Below, piece by piece: positions 27,314 through 40,846 of a DNA stretch of 52,576 nucleotides. The stretch covers positions 64,975 through 117,550 of the forward strand of contig MU619335.1 in assembly GCA_025201805.1 (NCBI GenBank), written 5' to 3'. Origin of the DNA: Parasitella parasitica NRRL 2501. Taxonomy: Eukaryota; Fungi; Mucoromycota. Both the position numbers and the translations under genes were made by a program. How positions within the stretch are numbered: position 1 is the first letter of the stretch; each line of letters opens with the position of its first letter. The notes beneath the pieces are model-generated. The model did not search any database and was not told the origin of the DNA. It worked only from the letters and a program-made list of their open reading frames with translations.

Positions 27314-28917
27314 ATGCCTACAATTGAAAAGCTTACGGATGACAAAGCTGCCAGCGTGTATAGCCACAATAAGGAAGGTGATCTGAGCAGCGATGATGAC
27401 ATTCGATCGGAACATCAAGCACCGTTTGTAAAGTCTGAAGCCGAAAAGAAGCTGGTTCGCAAGATTAACATGGCATTGATGCCGTTTGTTGGAGCTATTG
27501 TATTCATCCAGTTTGTGGATAAATCTACCCTGGGTATCTCTGCTGTATTGGGCATCATTGAAGACACTGGCTTGACTGGTAGTCAGTACAGTTGGCTTGG
27601 CTCTTTCTTCTATCTCGGTTTCATCTGCTTTCAGTTACCAAATAATTACTTTATCCAACGATTCCCCATCAGCAAATATCTTGGCACCCTGCTCGTTTTG
27701 TGGGGAATCACAATGGCTTGCACCTCTCTCTGTAACAATTTTGCTCAATTGGCATCCTTGCGTGTTTTGCTGGGTCTGTTTGAAGCTGGCACGTATCCAT
27801 GTCTATTGATCATTATCAACACTGTATATCGCCGTTGCGAACAATCCGCAGCATATGGTTTCCTTTGGTTCAGTAACGGCGCAGGAACGATGGTGGGTGC
27901 TTCTTGTGCATACGGTATTTCCTGGATCAACAATGCAAACGGGATTCATTCGTGGAGATGGCCTTATATCATTTGGGGGGCTCTGACAGTCTTGTTTGGT
28001 ATCATCACTTTCTTCTTCCTTCCTGATACACCACACTCGTTTATGTTCCGTCTCACAGAAGAAGAAAAGGCCATTGTCGAGGAGCGAACTCGCGATAATG
28101 CTGTTGTTCGTGTCTATGAAATCAAGATGCATCATATTTGGGAAGCTGTTAAGGAACCTCGTCTTTGGCTTCTTGCTTTTTCTACGTTGTGTAACAATCT
28201 CCATAATGGCGGCCTCGTTGTGTTCAGTACGATCCTTGTTAAGGCTTTTGGCTTCACTGTAAGTATTCCGCCGTCGTCTCTGTACATCACAATTTGCTAA
28301 TTCTCATGTGCATGTCTCTAGGGCCAAGAATCAATTCTGCTCCAAATCCCCAGCGGCTGCTCATCAGCATGCTTTGCTGCTCTTGCTGTAATCACAGCTC
28401 GTAAAAGTGGCCAGCTTTACCTTGGCGCCGCAGTTTCTACTGTCATCTCCTTGGTCGGTGTCATTTTACTCGCTGTTCTGCCAAACAGTGGCATCAAGCT
28501 CTTGGGTTATTTCCTAGCTTGGGCCATGAACGGAACCTGTAAGTATGCTTGCCTTACTTGCATGTGCCAGTATATTAACTATATTGATACGTAGCTGTAA
28601 TCTTGCTGACCATTGCTGGTTCAAATGTCACTGGATATACAAAGAAGATCTTTTATAACGCTGTCAACATGATTTTCTACACACTTGGTAACTTTATCGG
28701 CCCCCTCGTCATGCTCGAAAAGGAAGCTCCTACCTACAAGACTGGCATGATCATCTATTCCGTCGGAAACGCAGCAATCCTTGTGATGCTCTTCCTCGTC
28801 CGCCAGATCATGGCCAGAGAAAATAAGAAGAGATTGGCCAATCCTCCCGCCGAGAAATTGGACATAAAGGACGACTTGACCGACAAAGAGAATAGACATT
28901 TTATCTATAAACTGTAA
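27314..28917 (+). CDS. MFS transporter, allantoate/anion:cation symporter (Dal5-like), copy 1
   Basis: EKKLVRKI, QFVDKSTL, QYSWLGSFFYLG, LRVLLGLFEAG, NVTGYTKK, GNFIGP and DLTDKEN..F.YKL; two introns. Confidence 0.93.
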
Positions 28918-29391
28918 TTTTAATATTCCCGTCTTATTCCAACATAATAAATAATTTTATTCCAAGCAAAATCTGGCATGTATCGTATTGCAAATGTGTT
29001 TAATTAAAGTGCACAATCAATGCAGTGAGTGCCACGACAATGTTGAACAAGCGAAGCCAAAGAAGGGCGGAGAAACACACTTTCACTTTGTGGGGAAGGT
29101 GTGGGGTACGACCACTCAGCTGCGGTTTGCAATGTGTGTGTGAATATTTGAGTTGCATATGTATGGCAAGAGACTTGCGTACTATGAGTCAACAGAGAGT
29201 AAAGATCATTATGGCAGAGATACGATGAATATTCGAGATTGGTGGGGTGATTTCATTGTCGATGTCTTCTATATATGCTTAGTAGATAGATATGATGTGT
29301 ATTTGCCTCTCCCTCTTGTTTTTCTTCCTTCCTTGCAAGACGCTCCTTTTTGATCTGCATATTTTTTTTTTTTTTTGATAAAAAGCCATAC

Positions 29392-29465
29392 CTCGGGGAG
29401 ATGCCCAAACGCAGATTTCGCCTACAAGGGAAATCGTATTACTCTATCCTAATCCCCGTGAGAAG
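29392..29465 (+). promoter_or_regulatory. Conserved upstream module of MFS copy 2
   Basis: CTCGGGGAGAT, AGGGAAATCGTATTAC and CGTGAGAAG. Confidence 0.55.
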
Positions 29466-29800
29466 GCAAAAATGAGAAAGTGTCAAATTAAGACATTTCC
29501 TATTTAGCTACAGATGTAGAAAGAGAAAATGCATTTGTATAATTGTTTGAAAACCCTTGTGTTCGTGTGTATTTTAGTAGAACATAGTTAATTAGAGTTT
29601 TGCGGTTTAGTGTTACTCAAATAACCTCAATTGGGGTGGGGGGGCACTGGAACACTTTTGATGCGCTGTTGTCTCTGAATCATACAATGATAGACAAAGG
29701 TTCTTTAGTTGCTTAGGAAAGATCTCCTTTTTTTTTTTTTTGGCTATATAAACAGGCTGATTCTTATTGTCTTTCTTTCTCTGTACAAAACCATTTGTTC

Positions 29801-31430
29801 ATGACTGACACTCTTACACATCGCAATAACAACAAAGAGACGTTTGTGGACGACAAAGCTGCTAGTGTCTATAGCAGCAAAGGCGACCTTAGTGTGGATG
29901 AGCTGCCTGCAGACCCTCCAGCCGACTTTGTGAAAAGTGAAGCTGAAAAGAAACTGCTTCGCAAGATCAACTGGACATTACTCCCCTTTGTCGGGGCTAT
30001 TGTCTTTATACAGTTTGTCGACAAATCTACATTGAGCATCTCTGCTGTGCTTGGTATTGTCCAGGATACTGGCCTATCTGGCACTCAGTACAGTTGGCTC
30101 GGCTCCTTCTTCTATCTCGGTTTCGTCTGCTTCCAAATTCCAAACAACTACTTTATCCAAAAGTTTTCTATCAAAAAATACCTCGGCACACTCCTCTTTC
30201 TATGGGGTATCGTTATGGCTTGCACTTCTTTGTGTACAAACTTTGCTCAGCTGGCTGCCTGTCGAGTTTTGCTTGGCCTGTTTGAGGCCGGCACCTATCC
30301 TTGTCTTTTGATTATCATTAACACTGTCTATCGTCGATCCGAACAATCTGCTGCGTATGGTTTCCTCTGGCTGAGTAATGGCACTGGTACTATGGTCGGC
30401 TCTGCTTGCGCTTATGGTATCTCGTACATTAACAATGCAAACGGGATTCATTCCTGGAGATGGCCTTATATCATTTGGGGAGCCCTGACAGTCTTGTTTG
30501 GTATCATCACCTTCTTTTTCCTTCCAGATTCATCGCACTCATTCATGTTCCGTCTTACCGAGGAGGAGAAGGCAATTGTTGAAGAAAGATCCCGAGATAA
30601 TGCTGTTGTTCGTGTATACGAAGTCAAGAGACACCACATGTGGGAAGCTGTCAAGGAACCCAGACTCTGGCTCGTCTGCCTATCAACACTCTGCAACAAT
30701 CTCAGTACTGGTGGCCTTGTTGTATTTAGTACTATCTTGGTGCAAAACTTTGGCTTTAACGTACGTGCTGCTTGGATTTATGTCTACATGTTGCATCAGT
30801 CTGATTAACCCCCGTTTTTACTTTTATAGAGTCAAGAATCAATTCTAATGCAAATTCCATCTGGCGCTGTTTCTGCTTTCTTTGCTCTTCTTGCTGTGTT
30901 TGTAGCTCGTAAATCAGGCCAACTGTATCTTGGTGCAGCCGTCTCCACTACGATCTCTTTGGTCGGCGTCATTTTGCTAGCTGCATTACCCAACAGCAGC
31001 ATAAAACTCTTGGGCTATTTCCTCGCATGGGCCATGAATGGATCGTAATGTCACTATTCTTCAATTTTGATCATTTCCTAACTATCATTTTTTTTTTTTG
31101 CCAAATAGTGCTGTCATCCTCTTGACAATCGTAGGTGCCAATGTCACTGGCTACACAAAAAAGCTCTTTTACAATGCTGCGAATATGATCTTTTACACAC
31201 TGGGTAACTTTATAGGCCCCTTGATTATGCTGGATAGTGAGAAGCCTACGTATAAAACCGGCATGATTATCTATTGCGTAGCCAATGCTGCAATACTCAT
31301 CATGCTGTTTGTCGTTCGTCAAATAATGGCTCGAGAAAATAAGAAGAGATTGGCCAATCCTGCTGCTGCTGTCGACTCCAAGGAGGATTTAACTGATCAA
31401 GAAAACAAGACATTCATTTACAAATTGTAG
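29801..31430 (+). CDS. MFS transporter, Dal5-like, tandem paralog (copy 2)
   Basis: Highly similar protein with the same two intron positions as copy 1. Confidence 0.93.
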
Positions 31431-31915
31431 TAGTCTTGCAACACATTTTTCTCTCAACCTATATCTAATAATATCTTTGTAACACTACCATGTAAAACTA
31501 TATAAAGTATATAATGTTTTTTTTCCAACATATATTTACCATATTTGAAATGTAAGAGTGCGCTCGGTGTGCGACCATGGATTGATTGGGGGGGGGCTTT
31601 TTTTTTAACATTGCTCTGTAATACCGTATCCTCATCAAAAATCGAGGTTCTTTATTGCACAAGTTTTCTGTTTCCGTTATGATTGCTTGAACGAGTACAT
31701 ATTTGTGTGCTTTCTTATTTAGTTGCAAGTTCACCAGAGGAGTCATATATAAACGATTGCTTGAGGCTGTTGCGCACATATTAGTGTATAAGCTGCAGAT
31801 TATGCAATAACGGTATTGTGTCTGACGTGACTGATAGTGTCGCGCGAGCTCGTACAAACGAGGTTCAGCAGTGTGATCAGCCCGTCCTCTTCTCTTGATA
31901 ACTACTTGCAATAAA

Positions 31916-34900
31916 ATGTTTCCATGCAAAGTCCTCATGGTAGTGTCTTTTTCAAGTTTTATATCAGCAAATGAACCCCACTAATGTATAATTGAAGGTG
32001 GCTGAAAAGCCCTCATTAGCCGAGTCTCTCAGTCGATTGCTGGCTCCAGGCGGACAGGTAAATGACAACTGCTTATATTATGACAATTTCTTCAGTTGCC
32101 AACGATCATATTCAGTACTCCACCCATAAAAACACTACCCCCGTGCATGAATGGAAAGGTACTTTTCGAAACGAACCAGCAGAATTCCACTTTACGTCTG
32201 TCACTGGACATGTATACAGCCTAGACTTTACAAAAGAGTTCAATTCCTGGGACATTGACCCTTTGAAACTGTTTGAGGCCAAGACGGTTAAATCAGAATC
32301 AAATCCTAAAATGCGCTTGGGCCATCATTTACAATCAGCTGCCAAGGGAATAGACTACTTGGTGTTATGGCTGGATTGCGACAGAGAGGGCGAGAATATC
32401 TGCTTTGAAGTGATTGAAAACTGCTTACCGTCCATGAAACACCCTCAGCATGGTGGTAAAATGAAGAATGTATTGAGAGCCAAGTTTTCAGGTACGGGCC
32501 ATCAGCGACACAGATGAATTACAGAGCGCAAGCTTATATAGTCGTGTTTGTAGCCATTACCAAGGAGGATGTTCGTCGAGCCATGGATAATCTGAGCGTG
32601 CCTAATGAAAACGAGGCAAGAGGTACTGTCCTCGAATGCAAAAACAAGCCCTGACATACTCTAACAACAAGCTAATGCAAACATGTTTTCGTTATAGCTG
32701 TGGATGCTCGTCAGGAGCTTGATTTAAAGGTTGGTGTTGCCTTTACTCGATTCCAGACGCGCTTCTTTCAAGGCAAGTACGGCGACTTGGACTCAACTGT
32801 CATCAGCTACGGCCCATGCCAAACTCCAACTCTTTCGTTTTGCGTTGAGAGACATGATCGCATCCAGGGGTTTCAACCAGAGCCTTTTTGGTCTGTTTCG
32901 ACAACAGTTACCAAGTCTGATATTCCCATCAGACTATCTTGGCTTCGAGAGCGAGTATTTGACAGACAAGTGGGCACCATGTTTGCCAATATCGTCAGCG
33001 ATGCCAAATCATCAGGCGCAAAGTAAAGTAGATGCAATGTAATGTTACTGTGGTGGTTACTTACAAGACTGTGGATGTCTCGTAGGGTTTTGAGGATAAA
33101 TGTCCAGAAAAAGTCAAAATCCAGACCTCATGCGTTGAATACTGTAGGCTTTGCAATATCCCATGCATAAATCTCCATTCAAATTGATTCAATAATGTAG
33201 GTAGAAATGCTCAAACATTGCTCTTCCGGCCTTGGTATTAGCCCAAACGAATGTGTACGTATATTCCTACCTGTGCAAATAGCGGAAAAAAAAAAAGTCG
33301 CTCACCGACTCCAACTGATAGATGAGTATAGCAGAACGTCTATACACGCAAGGTTATATCTCATATCCTCGTACCGAGACATCCAAGTACCCTGAGAGCT
33401 TTGATCTAAACAGCGTGCTTCGAGAGCAGTCGGATCATCCAGATTGGGGCCATTTCTGCACGGATTTATTGAGTCATGGCTATGAAAGACCCTCAGGCGG
33501 AACTGACAGTGGAGACCATCCCCCAATGTAAGAGGCAAACACTGTGCACACCGATTTCCTTGTTCCGCTAACGTACATACAATTGGATTAGCACACCCAC
33601 ATGTCTCGCTCGAGAAGGGGAATTGGGAGGGGATTCGTGGAGATTATACGACTTTATCGTCCGCACATTCATTGGCTCTATCAGCCCTGGGTTGAAATAT
33701 ACGACAACAAATGTCATATTTGGTATCGGTAACGAAGAGTTTGAATGCAAAGGAACCAAGGTCACCTCGCCTGGATTCGCGTCTGTTATGCATTGGATAA
33801 CAAAATCGGATGAATATATTCCTGACTTCAAACAAGGAGAGGTTTTGACGATTGCATCTGTGAATTTGACAGAAGGAAAGACGAGTCCTCCGGATTACCT
33901 GACGGAGGCTGAGCTGATTGGACTGATGGAGCATAATGGTATTGGAACTGATGCTTCGATTCCTACCCACATCAACAATATTTGCCAGCGAAATTATGTA
34001 CAAGTGTCTGGGGCAGGGAGAAAGCTCATACCTACAAACCTTGGCATTGTGCTGATTCATGGGTAAGTGAAAATTCTATTTAGTGGTGAAATGTATATGC
34101 ATGTGGATTAATCACGCTGTATAGCTACCGTACGTAAACAAGACAGGAAATTCGGTTCAAGTGATACTAAACACTGAATATAGAAAAGATTGATCCTGAA
34201 CTTTCATTGCCCACAATGAGATCTGATGTCGAACAACAGCTGAACCTTATTGCTTCAGGTAAAGCTGCGCACGGCGATGTTCTGCAATACTTTTTGAAAA
34301 TGTTTGCCAAAAAGTTTGCATATTTCACAAAGCAGATTGAGGCCATGGACGAACTTTTCGAAGCCACCTTTTCCCCTCTTGCTGCGACTGGCAGACCGTT
34401 ATCCAAGTGTGGTAAATGTAAAAGGTGAGCACATGGAACAGGCTTGTTGCAACGCTTGGCTGACTGTTGTGGGAAATCAGATACATGAAATACATTTCAT
34501 TAAAGCCCAATCGACTCCATTGCAGCACTTGCGATGAGACATACTCTCTCCCCCTCAATGGTCATATCAAGCTATACAAGGAGCTTCGATGCGTAAGCAT
34601 ATATATAGTCGAGGACTTTATGATCCCATCTAATGTGCTTTTGTAGCCCCTAGATGATTTCGAGCTGGTTCTATACTCTACTGGTTCAAAGGGCACTGGA
34701 TATCCCATCTGTCCTTGTTGCTATAACAACCCGCCCTTTGAAAGCTTTAAAAAAGGTAATGATCGGTAATGCGAGATAATAATGTGTGTTTCTCAATCGT
34801 TGTAGGAATGGCTTGCAATCATTGTCCTCATCCCACATGTCCTCATTCCATGGTAACAAACGCCATATGTCCATGTCCTGAGTTGGAGAGCGAAACTGAT

Positions 34901-35400
34901 CCTTGCAAAGGATCGCTCATCCTGGATGCAACATCCGCACCCCGATGGAAACTAAGTTGCAATGAATGCAATGTTGTATCTTCCTTTGTGGATACGGTCA
35001 AAAGTAAATTTGCTTGTGTACGTATGTGCGCTCCCCAAGTAGATCACTTACTATTTTTTTGTTTTTTTGTTTTGTTTTGTATAGATGTCACTATACAAAA
35101 AAATCTGTGCGATTGTGGATCTGTCATGCTCAAAGTTGAATTCCGCGAAAATCAGAATAGGGAACCGAAGATGGGCTGCATTATGTGTGATGATGAGATT
35201 GAAGCTTTATTGGATACAAGGTAGCAAAAGAAAAACTGAAGCAAAACTCTTTTTCTCTCTTTTTTTCTAAAAAAAAAAATTGTATGTTTCGATATAGATT
35301 TGCAAGAAAGAACGTGAGAGCACGATATGGCGGTAAACGAAGAGGCAGAGGAAAGAAATTTGATCCCAAACTTCATAAGCTGTATGCTGATATGCGATAA
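31916..35400 (+). CDS. TOP3B: DNA/RNA topoisomerase III beta
   Basis: VLMVAEKPS, TSVTGH, LWLDCDREGENICFEV, SYGPCQTPTL, GYISYPRTET and GIGTDASIPTHI; Cys-rich zinc-finger C-terminus and an RG-rich tail, as in TOP3B. Confidence 0.93.
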
Positions 35401-35542
35401 ATAAACAAGACGCTGTAAAGCAACGATTGGCCACCCCACCCCCTACAACCCCTTAATTCCATCATTAATGGATGTTTAATTGTATATGCACCCCTCCTTA
35501 ATTCAAACAAACGCATCTCTTTTTTTTTTTTTCTACAATTCA

Positions 35543-36108
35543 ATGTATCTTGGGAATTCGATTGTTTTGCTAGCTTTGTCTATAGCTGCCACATTAGTAT
35601 CGGGCGATGTTCAAGGTGAATTTGAACAAAAGTAAGTAGGTCTGTGTTTGGGTTGTTGTTCGTAGCCCGTGTCTAAATAACCAGGTGAAATTGCAGACAT
35701 ATGAACGAAGCCCACCAAATTGAGGTAACCGATGAAGTTACTTTTTTCAAATTGCACGACTTGGATGGTGATGGTTTTTGGGATGAAAAGGAGCTACAAT
35801 CAATGTATGGCTTGGAAAGAGACATTGACCCCAAAACAAGCCATATTAAACTTATCATTGATCGCGTCTACAAGGAAATGGACATGAACAAGGATCGCTT
35901 CATTTCGCTGGATGAATATATTACAGCAAAGCTGCCCTCTCTTTCTCAAAGGGAGGAAAATCTGGAAAAAGAAATCAAGAAAAATGCACCACCAAAAAAA
36001 AGCAAAAAGAAAGCTCAAAACAATAGCAAGGCTGAGCCTATTGTCAATAACAAAAGATCGAGTAGCAAAAATGCAGAGGGCGCCATTCCTAATAAATACA
36101 GAGCCTAG
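35543..36108 (+). CDS. Secretory-pathway EF-hand protein (Ssp120/MCFD2-like)
   Basis: Signal peptide exon, then FFKLHDLDGDGFWDEKEL and DMNKDRFISLDEY EF-hands. Confidence 0.8.
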
Positions 36109-36637
36109 AATTCCAGCTTTCATACTACAAATCGTAAAATCGCAAGATCTGGAAAATACGGCTAGAGAATAAGCTGTTGGATGTTTTTTTTGTATCAGAT
36201 CTGCTAATAAAGGTTGTCAAAACAGAAAATTCGGGTATCAAGGAAAAATAATGTTTTAGAGCCATGCTGGCAGATTATGAAGGAAATGGGTGCCAAATGC
36301 TTTGACTGGGGATACAATCCAAAGTCGCCATTTGATCATTACATTTATGCAAGTATCTCCCCACCACCAAATCGGTGTAGGGTAATAGCAGATAAGAAGT
36401 ATATTGAATTTTAAGATGCTGAATTATGCTCAAGAACCCAATTTCAATGTTTTTTCGAGTTGATACTGAGCAGAAACCAAAATAGCTGCCATCTTGCCAA
36501 TGAAAGGTTCAACAGTTCCTTTAGTGACGTAGATTAAACAGCTGGATATTTGCAGGGTTAAGCTGATTGTAGGACGACCTGAAAATATTTTTTTTTCGTT
36601 GTGTTTATACACTTTCAAGCTTACATTGTGTTAGATC

Positions 36638-37063
36638 ATGCTTTTCAACCGCCCCCTCTTCCAAGCAGTGACCAAGGTAAGCATTAAAAGAGAGAATCAG
36701 AGACATTATCGCTGAAAAAAACAGGTCTCTACTCGCATTGCAGGCGTTCCTGTCCATCCAAATCCTCGTCCTCATTTAATCCAAACCTACAACACCACGC
36801 TTGAAGCATTAGCTCGCATTCCCAGCACTGCTGTTTACAGACAAGCTACAGAATCCTTAACCCAACAGCGCTTATCCATTGTCGAATCCACTGAGGATGT
36901 CCAAGAGATTGAGTCAAAGATCAATGTTGGTCAAATTGAAGAAATCATCATGCAAGCAGAAGACGAATTGAAGATGGTTGCAAAGATGGAGGAATGGAAA
37001 GCCTGGGAGCCTCTTGAAGCCCCCATCCCCAAGGGCCAATGGGTTTATCCTTCCAAGGAGTAA
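36638..37063 (+). CDS. NDUFA5: Mitochondrial complex I subunit NDUFA5/B13 (absent from the ORF track)
   Basis: MLFNRPLFQAVTK|VSTRIAGVPVHPNPRPHL..IPSTAVYRQATESLT..GQIEEII.QAEDEL..M.EWKAWEPL; one intron. Confidence 0.9.
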
Positions 37064-38110
37064 AAGTGCTAAATTTTACCGTAATTGCCAATCGTTTCTA
37101 AATCACACCTATACAACTTTTGCGATTATTTTGTATACATCATTAAAAAAGAGAAGCCACGGAATACATTATTAGATTATGGCAAACATTATTATCAAGG
37201 ATAGATTTTGGGATATATTTTCATGTAATCTCGGGAGGGAGGGTATGCGATTTGGGGTGGATCTGAGCTTTTTCTGGTTATTTGAAGATAGACCCCAGAG
37301 TACGCTCTGGTAACATAATAGACAACACGCCAGACATTAGTGAGATGCAACGCCTACATATTTATGACGTAAAAAATTGATCTATCGTTTTCAAACAATT
37401 GTAAGGATCAACTAGCATGTATTATGCAGCATACTTTATAAATAGACGTTCAAGTTCCATCAATTGCTCTTGTGTATCGTATTCTGTTAAGGAATCAAAA
37501 CACTTTACTCACCGCAGGTACATTATCATGAAAATATGATATCCCTCAAGCCTGCTTACATGTTTGCTATTACTTTATTTTTCGTGCTTTATCAATTGCT
37601 TAAAAGGATAATAATGATATTTATACTGGAGATACAATTTTGTTGACAACAATTATATTACGAAATCAATTTGCTTATGTAAAGAGAGAATTGAAGGTTA
37701 ATGAGTAAAACAGAAGAAAATCCCAAACAACAGATTCATCAAGAGTCCAAAGCATCAAAGTACATCATTATTTCGGTAGACAGCTCCGCATGTTTGTGAA
37801 AATCAAGAAAACAAGCAGTTTCAAATAGTTTAGCTTCTCATAGTTGTTATGAGCTCAGATGCCAAGAGTTATCAAAACATTAGGACAAAACAAAATTTAT
37901 TGCTTTTTTTTTGGGGGGGGGGCTTTATATTTTGTGTTATGATATTAACGGAAATAGCCAGAGAAAGAGGATCGCGTATGTGTATATTTGTGGTATATAA
38001 CTCTTTTTCAAATATTACAGCTGATTACAGCACTGCTGTCGATCGTTTCTAATTCCGTCATGTCAACCCATTAATAGATTTCTAGTAGTCTTATACAAGG
38101 ATAATAGTGT

Positions 38111-39105
38111 TTACAATCCAATAGTACCATCGTCGAGGCCAGACAGCGCACCATTATTAATGGGGCAAGCAAATGTCGCTGATGACGATATCGTTGGATG
38201 CACTGTGATGAAAAGTACTTTGGCTGCGAGTCGGATAGTGTAGTCGATCGTGATGTCCTTCTTTTCGTTGCCAGAAAGACCGCATTTATCCACTAAATCT
38301 GTTAATACCGATTGATCTTTGTCGTAGCTTGGATCATACTCAAGAGCAAAGGGAAATGTAAAGTTGAAATTGCTGTATTTTGGAACATTTTGCTCTGCTA
38401 GATAGCCCTGCCCAATGTATGTATGACCACCATTTCCATCAGGATAATAAGCCTAACAGTTTATGAAATGTGTCAGTAATACAAACAAAAAAAAAGGAAT
38501 AATGTTGCAGAAAGTCTAGATTTACCGTTGCGTTAATGTCAGAGAGGCCTATACTGAGCAAGTTTGGATTATTGACGGCAACAACGAGACCGAAATTTAT
38601 GCTTATGCCATCCCCTGTAAAGCTCAGCTGTGAGCTTGTATTAGATGTTGTTGAGACGCCTGCCATATCTACAGTAGGCATAATGAATGTGCCTGCAATG
38701 GCGCCAATAACAATGACAATTATAATGATAGCAATGACAATGAACCATATAATACCAGCGCCCCAAATAGGCAAGCAGCAAGCACAACACAAGCAACGCA
38801 CACAACAATTTCTGTCGTCCATGCGTCTCTTTTTTACATTTGCACTACCGTCCTCTATGTCTGTTTCACTCTCTGATATTTGGCTATGTCCTTTTAAATG
38901 TCAAGCAAAATTAATGACAGGTTCCGACGAATGCTTAATATATTTTACCTTTATCCTGGAATTTATCCGAACAAAGATGGTCTTCAAAATGGTTTGTTTT
39001 GACTGTTGGTGTGGGTGAAGGCACTATGTCATGATGGTTGGCAGGTGGGCTATGGGATCGCCCAAATGTGGATGAAGCACGGTGGTCAGTATTTAGGGAA
39101 GCCAT
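38111..39105 (-). CDS. Single-pass membrane protein with Cys-rich juxtamembrane segment and LEA-2-like domain
   Basis: CCVRCLCCACC, then a TM helix, VNNPNLLSI.LSDINAT and a beta-rich C-terminal exon. Confidence 0.7.
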
Positions 39106-39398
39106 TTTTTTATGCAAACCTCTAACTAAGAATAGAGGAAGAGAGAGATAGAGGGAGAAAAGATAAAGTACAGATAATCACTTGTATTTTTAGCTTTTAA
39201 ACCAGCAGATTCGGATCCCGGATAATGTTTCGATTCATATCGTTTCAAGAAGAGAATGAATGATGAAATGCGTTTGGAACTTACAGCATTTGCTCTATGA
39301 GCTTAATCGGGTTTCAAACTCAACAGCTCATTAATTCCATTATTCTGCTACGATAACAATAGGCATCGCCAACAATGAAATGTTTATTAATCAATTAA

Positions 39399-40733
39399 TT
39401 AGAAAATACTAACAAAGTAACTAGGCTTGCCTTCGAGATAATTGACTATAATGCGATAGAACGAGAACCGCTCCATATACAAATATCCAGTCAGAATATA
39501 AGGTACCACAAACAAATGACATGTCACTGCCATGCAAAAGATAGTGTATGCTCGTCCCATGAGTCCCCTGTTGAAGAACTTGTCTCCAATGCTGATGCCA
39601 CATACCTGAATAACAAAGAACGCGAATTGAAGTCCACAAGCAGGTAATGGCGATCCAAAATAAAGCGAAGGTCCAGTGGCTGCGTACAAAAAGTATTCAT
39701 GCATGATACCTGACATGACAAACACAGACAAAGCAGGCAGCCAGCGAGGAGGTTTGCAGTGAAAAAAGAGCTGCACTGTTGCACGGATAGGTTTATAGCC
39801 GAGTCTATAGAAACAATCATTGTAAAACGTGTGCCAGCGTCGACCCCAGAAATCACGAAGTGAATGAGCTGTCCAAGGAGAGTCAAAGAGCACCTGCATA
39901 CTGAGAGTGCTTTCAATATAGCCCTTCGCTGCACGGATACCGCGAACCCTTTTCAAGATGGCCTTTGTTTTGACAACATTCTTCGTGTTTAGCTTTTGCG
40001 AATCCTTTCCTAGTTGCCATCTTTCCAGTGCAGGCAAACATTTATAGACAACAGCATAGGCTATCATAAACGTATCATAAGTCACCTGTAACTGAATTTG
40101 GATATACACGCAGAACAACATGCTCATAAGCACACTGATAGTAATGCAGCCATAGGTTAAAGGCTCAGCAGATGCTAATGATGCTGCCTTTTCGCTTTGA
40201 CCCAACACAGAAAAAATTTTGGACAAGAAGACCGAGAACACACGGATCGGGCGTTGGGCATCAGCATAATTGAAGGCGAAATCAATGATATCAAACAGAA
40301 TCTCATGCTTCAAGAGAGTCCAGATTAAAGGCCCAATTTTGACATCCACATAGTCAGAAGTTGCACAAGGCTCCAATTCCAAGGTTTTTGGGGCGTTCTG
40401 ATTGCGCTTTCTCCAGTCAGACAAAGTAAAGACAAACGGACGCTGACGTCTTTCTGCCATGGTCATGCTAAAGACCCACACACCCATTTTCATGGAGGTA
40501 GCCCATGCCCAGACCGATGTGCTAATCAGACAAAGATAGGAAAACTGGCCTGCGTAGTAAATTGGGATGGCTAAACCTGCAAACCAAAGCACAGCCAGCA
40601 TGGCATCCTGGATAATATTTCTTCGTCTTACTGGTAAGGACAGTGCCATAAATAGAAAGCTAGGTGTCAAAACAGTGGCAACATAGGCTGGTATACTCAT
40701 TGGGTAACTATCGGCCAATGTTGTGGTTACCAT
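39399..40733 (-). CDS. Membrane-bound O-acyltransferase (wax-synthase-like MBOAT), intronless
   Basis: 444-aa ORF with FDSPW.A.SLRDFWGRRWH and FVMSGIMHEY. Confidence 0.88.
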   Translation of the reverse strand: MVTTTLADSYPMSIPAYVATVLTPSFLFMALSLPVRRRNIIQDAMLAVLWFAGLAIPIYYAGQFSYLCLISTSVWAWATSMKMGVWVFSMTMAERRQRPFVFTLSDWRKRNQNAPKTLELEPCATSDYVDVKIGPLIWTLLKHEILFDIIDFAFNYADAQRPIRVFSVFLSKIFSVLGQSEKAASLASAEPLTYGCITISVLMSMLFCVYIQIQLQVTYDTFMIAYAVVYKCLPALERWQLGKDSQKLNTKNVVKTKAILKRVRGIRAAKGYIESTLSMQVLFDSPWTAHSLRDFWGRRWHTFYNDCFYRLGYKPIRATVQLFFHCKPPRWLPALSVFVMSGIMHEYFLYAATGPSLYFGSPLPACGLQFAFFVIQVCGISIGDKFFNRGLMGRAYTIFCMAVTCHLFVVPYILTGYLYMERFSFYRIIVNYLEGKPSYFVSIF

Positions 40734-40773
40734 GGTGATGGATTAAATGATTGACGGTTGGTTGGTATGAATG

Positions 40774-40810
<37 letters not shown>

Positions 40811-40813
40811 GAA

Positions 40814-40846
<33 letters not shown>

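Noticed and set aside
29380-29470. TPP riboswitch upstream of a transporter
   Set aside because: Lacks the CTGAGA and downstream conserved TPP aptamer core; better explained as a promoter module.
40773-40843. Long poly(A) runs as retrotransposon tails
   Set aside because: No TSD or element body; such tracts are common in promoters and introns throughout this window.
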